From Candidatus Aminicenantes bacterium (GTDB lineage: Bacteria; Acidobacteriota; Aminicenantia; Aminicenantales; Saccharicenantaceae): a DNA stretch of 57,699 nucleotides. The translations under genes and the position numbers were made by a program. The notes under the pieces were generated by a model. The model was not told where the DNA came from. It ran no database searches and saw only the letters and a list, made by a program, of their open reading frames with translations. Shown here one piece after another: positions 53,301 to 57,699 of this stretch. Positions within the stretch are counted from its first letter, which is position 1. Every line of letters starts with the position of its first letter. The stretch spans positions 1-57,699 of the forward strand of contig PNJE01000079.1 of NCBI GenBank assembly GCA_002877915.1, in the 5' to 3' direction.

Positions 53301-53658
53301 CAGTAAAAGGTTTTTTGCTGGCGGTGGAACCAGCATCCGGGGTTTTAAACTGGATGCCGTTGGCCCGGTTGATATCTGGACAGGATTGCCCGAAGGGGGA
53401 GAAGCCATGCTGGTAATTAACCAGGAATTGCGTTTCCCTATATACAAAATTTTTAAGGGAGTAGCTTTTTTTGATGCTGGAAATGTTTATTCCCGGCTTG
53501 GAGATTTTAATCCTGCTCGCCTGAGAACCGGGGCAGGTCTGGGACTCCGGATTGAAAGCCCCATTGGTTTGATAAGAGCCGATTACGGTTTTAACCTTAA
53601 GCCCCGGCCGGGCGAACCTAAAAGCACCATCTTTTTCAGTCTGGGCCAGGCTTTTTAA
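47332..53658 (+). CDS. Fused TamB/AsmA-like periplasmic bridge (DUF490) + POTRA domains + Omp85/TamA beta-barrel
   Basis: N-terminal TM anchor; ~1300 aa of AsmA-like beta repeats ending in DUF490-like 'LSSTPTRSQEDLAALLLTG'; several POTRA 'Y...GY..A' motifs; barrel motifs FFAGGGTSIRGF, ELRFPI, GLRIESPIGLIRADYG and C-terminal FFSLGQAF. The ORF track starts at TTG 47296; ATG 47332 is preferred. Confidence 0.85.
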   Translation: MGLTEGPKKKKFVRKIFKILAWTTGIAAIIILSVALLLETRMAGKIILKMAGKILNQQAGLIVKAESVQLNIFKLQASIKGLEVRPTEKSQLPLNYFSCQKVLLRSGWKSITGQSLYLKDLEVIGPKIYLKSTAGKEEKIKTADKSGRKSPQKFKFRLDNLEIKEALFSFQDMNQAISASVSGVEIKVLYQPASGWHQAWMHTSLGIFEIGSARKILKSLDLEADFNSTQINLRKFYLSTAQTNLNLAGEIKDYLREAKLALNFSGKVNLDEFNDLVKSPEKSSGDLNFNFKLIGKLPDISLAGELEGTALSINGINPVDINLAVKPVDKSNELVEGLIKMPTGQISLKAKLLSDFRGPFQSQLILNRIDLSQLSSISPRFPFILNSVLTGKVEVSGTELSPKKIRAKIEWQSSPIEKSFSASGTRAFVPIISEIKAFYAPGKLEIQNLSLKVFQTDFNFKGVLTDGDKITGRLLLNLPDIGVVRANLLSSGLNDIFPRVNSRLNKLGDLKGRLRLEGEFRGSLKRPELDLALKGDNFSLRKVFVPRLEISLSGTPDQMKIQEFVVEFDRGRIEGSGELLVQEKVSSYPYKFEGQIAFSKIDLGQFNELLPKDGHQNLNGFLSGLVKMKGSPSFPSIDFGLSLDQLSYGHQGIDSLEIAGSYQNEILRVEKLLMIKAESQLAGHFIFIHKTGELQADLNAENFKADFLKAWVPAIRSGQIDFHLKSSGLWKSPVLDFQLVGQGVMIERIWLPYFELKISGDGQRGQAQLEVPLFNLSLEAGLEFNSPYWLKGQARIKQMPLSLLAGLRPEVEEVPPEVALNLKADFSLPLEDLAKLQAQLKFEDFDFKGLATLVPSLKNLNPGGKADGQITINGFSPDLSRVQILAEIPNLNLRLNDLEVKNDFPLKLAWEDGDLKILDFNLSTGKSRLKLSGHSRIKNFQNPELDFSLWSDLEISDFNPWLTGLSAGGRFQLQADLKGDRQNPLVEGKGDFKEIFVRFLDLPILVSNVNGLIEVDNSKIRLKQFNGRANSGDFASSGEAFFGPAFSLESAKIDFNLNDFDFNYQGLSTLSKARLNLNRNKQGWLLSGDLSVLSANYRQDFFPSTQGLKMALTRVSPVGTEIPPFLYEVALDVNVQTIENIIIKNNLADLELKANLKAKGTVPAPILSGRIENAYPGEIVIGERRYSVERMQIDFLGKENLEPNLDISLKSNVTDQEEEVEVNVNLSGTPSELKFSLSSTPTRSQEDLAALLLTGKSLKEVQGSAVNTISSQLIQQFSSPLTSPVTRTLKKWLKAEDVILEPLNIATLQDPGARLTIKKRMTREVAVTYSINLANSQYQTWILDYNLRRNFSLRGFRQDDGTVGLNLRHRFSLGHKTSELGVKEEVPRKILKQVEIKGEAVISPDEAKKILNLKTGKQFNNFKVQKSLERLASWYRKKGYANARFETRKEETGEAVSLSISIDAGRPVEFRFEGDRLPARLRKKALNSWVNRLPEEANLSQLQQMVLLELERRGYYQSVVNVRKMEENNKIIYLTEVRTGGKWKIKSFRLEGHPVFKESLIRRVVSNYFGAKASGLWNLIYDRRVALELIQYFYLENGYLQARIESPLVKENSGKRELNLSLKIEAGPQSHVRSIKFEGYKAKTESELEKILTLKPGSIFSWPALTENKTALINYYRSAGFKEVKVESRAEPVEGSPDYQVVFILEEGQPFLVSEVEISGVRRTRPSFILKESGLKLGEPVSLERMAQAQKNLYDSGVFQMVNMSSAPEASQSLREKILIQVKEQPWMTLTYGLQYNSETKFEGFTQFDFNNLFGWGWNSLLFLRANKRQQEARYSLKVPFIFSRKTNSLLSFYYLKDIKDLYITEQIGTSFQQKISVVRGFDVSWVYKLNRIHDYEPTPSWPFPYDVRVLTSEISILVNRDTRDDQFDPHRGSLLTANFSYSPRFLGSQLNYISTFTQFTMYKTIVPGLLWASCYRLGLASAFGEVLIPSKRFFAGGGTSIRGFKLDAVGPVDIWTGLPEGGEAMLVINQELRFPIYKIFKGVAFFDAGNVYSRLGDFNPARLRTGAGLGLRIESPIGLIRADYGFNLKPRPGEPKSTIFFSLGQAF

Positions 53659-53698
53659 GCTTAAGTCGGCTTTCTTTCTTCAAGATTTTTAGCTTATT

Positions 53699-54346
53699 TT
53701 ACCCGACTCGGCTTAAGAGACTTTTTACCTGGGGAGCTTCTGGGGCTTGGGGAGCCAGATAAAGAAATTTCTGAAAATGAACAATCATCAGGTCCTTCCG
53801 TCCCTTCTGGTTATAAGCCAGCCCCAGTTGATAGTGGGCATAGGCGTGGTTACCCTTGAGCTGGAGACATTTTTCCAAGTCGGCAATAGCTAAATCCAGT
53901 TTTTTCTGGTAGCCCCGGAGCAACCCGCGATAAAAATAACCTTCTGCGCAGTTTGGATTTTTTTGCAAGGCAGTATTAAGGTCAGTTTCTGCGGCCGAAT
54001 AGTTTGCTTTTTTCAGGTCATACTGAGCTTTGCCGATATAGCCATAGGGAGAGTTAGGATCGGACTGCAAAATTTTATTGAAGTAAGTCAGGGCGGCTTC
54101 TGGATTATTCTGCTTTATCAAGGCTGATCCTTGGTAATAATAAAGATCATTGTTAACCATTCCCTCAGCTATTAATTGATCAAAAATGGCCTTGGCTTGG
54201 GCAGTTTGTCCCCCTTCAAAGAAGGCGATTCCCGTCTGCAGCCTTTCCTGCTGAGTTCCCTGGGCCGGCAGAATCTGGGTCAGAGCCAGAAAAATGATAA
54301 TAACACCGGCAGCTCGGAAATAATTAAAGCGAAATTTTTTCATCAT
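53699..54346 (-). CDS. Exported tetratricopeptide repeat protein
   Basis: Signal peptide and tandem TPR motifs (AEGYFYRG, AYAHYQLGLAY); AGGAGG SD. Confidence 0.85.
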   Translation of the reverse strand: MMKKFRFNYFRAAGVIIIFLALTQILPAQGTQQERLQTGIAFFEGGQTAQAKAIFDQLIAEGMVNNDLYYYQGSALIKQNNPEAALTYFNKILQSDPNSPYGYIGKAQYDLKKANYSAAETDLNTALQKNPNCAEGYFYRGLLRGYQKKLDLAIADLEKCLQLKGNHAYAHYQLGLAYNQKGRKDLMIVHFQKFLYLAPQAPEAPQVKSLLSRVG

Positions 54347-54729
54347 CTCCTCCTACAAATATTTTAACATCATATAAATTTGAGATTTGATTATTATATA
54401 ACACAATCTTTCCCATCGGGGCAAACTTTTTTAAAACTGGCTTGATCTGGGGACTTAGGATGGTTAGATTTTCCTTGCTCTTTTTATCTTTGATTTTAAA
54501 AAAATACAAATAGATAGTTTAATCCCGGCCAAATTAGTTTTCTCGATAAGTGCAGGAGTCTTCTGCCGGTAACAAAATTAGGCTCAATTGAATGATTCTG
54601 TTTTTTAATTTATTTTTAGGCTCCTTGGTTCACTTTAATAAAATTTTTCAAATTTTTGACAAAGAGTATTTTAGGCATATAAAATAATAACAATAAAGAT
54701 TTTTAGGCAATAAGAAAGGGAGGAAGAAA

Positions 54730-54945
54730 ATGCCTGAAAAAAAGAAAATGGCTCCAGCCAGAAAAAAGGCTGCTCCAAAGCCAATCCTTAAGAAAGGAAT
54801 AGCTGAAACCAAGGGGGTGTTGAATGGTTTTGAATGCGAGATCTGTGGTTATCGGCTGATCGTAGATAAGGAATGTGGATGCGGCGAAGAGCACATTATT
54901 CTTTGCTGTGGCCGGCCGATGAAAAAAGTGAATATCAAAACCTGA
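54730..54945 (+). CDS. Small Cys-rich desulforedoxin-like metal-binding protein with a basic N-terminal tail
   Basis: GGAGG SD and upstream TTGACA promoter; CEICG...CGCG...LCCGRPM. Confidence 0.7.
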   Translation: MPEKKKMAPARKKAAPKPILKKGIAETKGVLNGFECEICGYRLIVDKECGCGEEHIILCCGRPMKKVNIKT

Positions 54946-55017
54946 TTATTTCCTCGATTTCTGTTTTTTCGGCTTAAAAGAATTTTAGAATGGTGATAGA
55001 ATTTTTTATTAAAGCTG

Positions 55018-55911
55018 ATGACTATGAATTTTTCTGAAAAAAAGAAGTTAGCTTATCTGGAGGGGTATATTTCCGTCTTTCTCAATCTGGGTCTTTTCTT
55101 TCTTAAATTTCTGGTCGGCCGAAAGGTCGGCTCGGTGGCGATGGTGGCGGATGCCTGGCATACTCTGTCAGATACTCTGACCTCTATAGTAGTTATTATA
55201 GGTTTCTGGCTGGCCAGCAAGCCAGCGGATAAGGAACATGTTTTTGGCCATGGCAAAGCTGAATCCGTGGCTTCTGTCATAATCGGGACTTTGCTGGCGG
55301 TAGTGGCCGGTAATTTCTTTTATGAATCAATACGAAGGCTAATTCATCATCAAGCCATGAAATTCAGTGAGCTGGCTATCTTAGTATTTGCCATTTCGAG
55401 CCTGATCAAAGAAGGATTAGCGCAGTTTTCCTTCTGGGCTGGGAAGAAAGCGGATTCAGCTTCCCTGAGAGCCGATGGCTGGCATCACCGCAGTGATGCT
55501 ATTGCCTCAATTCTAATTGTCTTTGGAGCCCTTTTCAGCCGGAAAGCTTGGTGGCTTGATGGAATAATGGGCCTGGGGGTTTCAATATTAATTTTACAGG
55601 CAAGCCTGGAAATAATCCGCCATTCGGCCAGTTATTTGATTGGAGAAAGCCCCCCTCAGGATAAGGTTTACCGGGTCTCGGCTTCGGTCCGGGAAGAATT
55701 TCCAGAACTCGAAGGCATTCATCACCTTCATGTGCATAATTATGGAGATCATACTGAAGTTACTGCTCATCTTAAGGTTCCCGGAAATATGCCGGTGGAC
55801 CGGGCTCATGTGATTGCCACGAGGGTGGAAGAATTGATGAAAAATGAATTTAATGGTGACGTCACTATCCATGTCGAACCGGAGAAACATGGTGAAGAAG
55901 AAGATAGCTGA
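55018..55911 (+). CDS. Cation diffusion facilitator (FieF-like) transporter
   Basis: ADAWHTLSD, PADKEHVFGHGKAE, DGWHHRSD and C-terminal IHVEP. Confidence 0.93.
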   Translation: MTMNFSEKKKLAYLEGYISVFLNLGLFFLKFLVGRKVGSVAMVADAWHTLSDTLTSIVVIIGFWLASKPADKEHVFGHGKAESVASVIIGTLLAVVAGNFFYESIRRLIHHQAMKFSELAILVFAISSLIKEGLAQFSFWAGKKADSASLRADGWHHRSDAIASILIVFGALFSRKAWWLDGIMGLGVSILILQASLEIIRHSASYLIGESPPQDKVYRVSASVREEFPELEGIHHLHVHNYGDHTEVTAHLKVPGNMPVDRAHVIATRVEELMKNEFNGDVTIHVEPEKHGEEEDS

Positions 55912-56716
55912 GTTACCGGGAGGAGATTTCTTTAAATTTTTAGGAACGGCCGGAGCCCGATTTGTGGTGGCCAAACAGCTTCGAGCTTCAGGAGGGACTT
56001 ATCTTGAGTTTTCAGGGAAAAAAATGATTCTTGATCCCGGACCCGGCGCCCTGGTCCGGTTGGTGCATAGCCGTCCCTCTCTTGATCCAACTTCATTGGA
56101 AGCTATTTTCCTCACTCACAAACATATCGATCACTCAAATGATGTCAACATTCTTATTGATGCTATGACCGCTGGGGGCTTCAAGAAAAGGGGAGTGCTA
56201 TTCGCCCCAGCTGAATGCCTCGAGGGCCGGGAGGCGGTTGTCTTTAATTATCTAAAAAATTACTTAGAGCGAATCGAGGTCTTAAAACCGGAGAAAGAAT
56301 ACTACCTGGGCGAACTGAAAGTTAGAACTTCTCCTGCTCACCACCATGAAGCGGAAACTTATGGTTTAAAATTTTACTTACCCGAGGGAGTAGTTGGCTT
56401 CTTGGTAGATACTAAATTTTTCCCGGAGCTTATTCCTGCTTATAGCGAAGTTGACTTCCTAATTATAAACTTGGTCAGAGCCACCGGCGGAAATGATGAG
56501 ATTATGCATCTGACAGAAGAAGATGCGGTTAGGATTCTAACCGGGATAAAGCCCCGGAAAGCTTTTATTACCCATTTTGGAATGACTATGCTCCGGGCGG
56601 ACCCGAGAAAAGTGGCTGAAAGATTGAGCCAGGAAACCGGGGTAGAGGTAATAGCTGCTTATGATGGGCTGTCGGTCAACTTGGAATCCATGAAAAAAGA
56701 AAAGGCTAAAAATTAA
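55889..56716 (+). CDS. Metallo-beta-lactamase fold hydrolase
   Basis: FLGTAG, LDPGPG, THKHIDH, VDT and THFG; likely start MVKKK at 55889. Confidence 0.88.
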   Translation: MVKKKIAELPGGDFFKFLGTAGARFVVAKQLRASGGTYLEFSGKKMILDPGPGALVRLVHSRPSLDPTSLEAIFLTHKHIDHSNDVNILIDAMTAGGFKKRGVLFAPAECLEGREAVVFNYLKNYLERIEVLKPEKEYYLGELKVRTSPAHHHEAETYGLKFYLPEGVVGFLVDTKFFPELIPAYSEVDFLIINLVRATGGNDEIMHLTEEDAVRILTGIKPRKAFITHFGMTMLRADPRKVAERLSQETGVEVIAAYDGLSVNLESMKKEKAKN

Positions 56717-56827
56717 AACGCCCCAAATTATACTAAAATAGTAGGATTAATAGTTGAAAAATTCCCCAGAAAAGCCTAAACTATAGATGAGATATTTTTA
56801 AGCCCCAATTAGGAGAGGAGAATTTAA

Positions 56828-57046
56828 ATGAAAGAAAAAGTCGAAGAAGTTTTAAATAAAATCAGACCAGCTCTGCAGGCCGATGGTGGAGATGTGGAAC
56901 TGGTAGATGTGGTTGATGGTGTGGTCTCGGTAAGATTAGTTGGAACCTGCGGCGGCTGCCCGCTTTCCCAGATGACCCTGAAGATGGGAATTGAGCGTTT
57001 GTTGAAAAAAGAAATTCCTGAAATTAAAAGTGTAGTTTCAGTTTGA
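56828..57046 (+). CDS. NifU/NfuA C-terminal domain Fe-S carrier
   Basis: IRPALQADGGDVELV and GTCGGCP. Confidence 0.93.
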   Translation: MKEKVEEVLNKIRPALQADGGDVELVDVVDGVVSVRLVGTCGGCPLSQMTLKMGIERLLKKEIPEIKSVVSV

Positions 57047-57080
57047 TAACCAATTGATTATTATTAATCGAGAAATTTAA

Positions 57081-57699
57081 ATGTTCAGGTTATATGCTGA
57101 CCGACAGGCAGCTACTCCCTTAAAACCGGAAGTATTCGAGGCGATGCTTCCTTATTTCCAGACAAATTTTGGTAACGCTCAGAGTCTACATTCACTTGGT
57201 CAGAGGGCAGCTGAGGCAGTAGAAAAAGCCAGGGAGCAGGTGGCGGCTCTGATTGGCGCGGAAAGCGAAGAAATTATTTTTACTTCCTCTGGCTCAGAAG
57301 CTAATAACCTGGCCATAAAAGGTCTGGCCCTGGCTAATCAAGCCAAGGGACGGCAGATAGTGATCTCCGCTATTGAGCATATTTCTGTTCATCGTTCAGT
57401 TAAATTTCTGGAAAAGTTTGGTTTCCAAACTAAAATTATTCCAGTTGATGAGAATGGTCAGGTTAAGCTGGAGAAGGTGAAAGAAGCCATCACTCCCGAC
57501 ACAGTGCTGGTTTCAATAATGCTGGCTAATAATGAAATCGGGACTATCCAGCCGCTCGAGGCTATAGGGCGATTTTGCCAGGAAAAAGGAATCCTATTCC
57601 ATTCTGATGCCGTAGCGGCCGTAGGCTCTATACCGGTTAAAGTAAAGGAGTTGGGAGTCCAGGCCTTAAGCCTGGCGGCTGATCAATTTTATGGTCCAA
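57081..57699 (+). CDS. Cysteine desulfurase (IscS/NifS) family protein, partial, with an atypical PLP site
   Basis: Manual translation gives MFRLYADRQAATP...FGNAQSLH...IIFTSSGSEANN...IEH...ANNEIGTIQP...HSDAVAAVG...SLAADQFYGP; runs off the window. Confidence 0.88.
   Translation, partial: MFRLYADRQAATPLKPEVFEAMLPYFQTNFGNAQSLHSLGQRAAEAVEKAREQVAALIGAESEEIIFTSSGSEANNLAIKGLALANQAKGRQIVISAIEHISVHRSVKFLEKFGFQTKIIPVDENGQVKLEKVKEAITPDTVLVSIMLANNEIGTIQPLEAIGRFCQEKGILFHSDAVAAVGSIPVKVKELGVQALSLAADQFYGP

Overview
A mostly housekeeping bacterial chromosome segment from a diderm, probably anaerobic organism. Gene content and style suggest Acidobacteriota/Aminicenantes; this is an inference and was not verified. 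From left to right: a partial GH36/GH27-type glycosidase lipoprotein; secreted hydrolases; an OM beta-barrel; tRNA-His(GUG); the phoH-7TM/HD-ybeY-CBS-era operon; a ~360-bp non-autonomous IS remnant; a sulfate-activation cluster (RHH protein, sat, NPP/alkaline-phosphatase-family protein, cysC, NDP-sugar epimerase); hypCDE; uppS-cdsA-dxr-rseP-ispG-larE; a ParB-like + SplB-like radical SAM pair; tonB-exbB-exbD; ychF-tgt-yajC-secD-secF; lepB, DUF62, recD2 and rubredoxin; a truncated flavoprotein; a frameshifted purA; alr; a ~2100-aa TamB-TamA(Omp85) fusion; and a metal/Fe-S cluster ending in a cysteine-desulfurase homologue that lacks the PLP lysine. The best candidates for uncharacterised systems are: (i) the PAPS-making operon with no reductase or canonical sulfotransferase, whose RHH protein and CysC share an LKxLGY tail; (ii) the ParB-CTPase-like/SplB-like pair with altered radical-relay residues; (iii) SecF carrying a ComEA-like helix-hairpin-helix insert; and (iv) the TamB-TamA fusion. 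All family calls come from motif recognition by eye; no searches were run.
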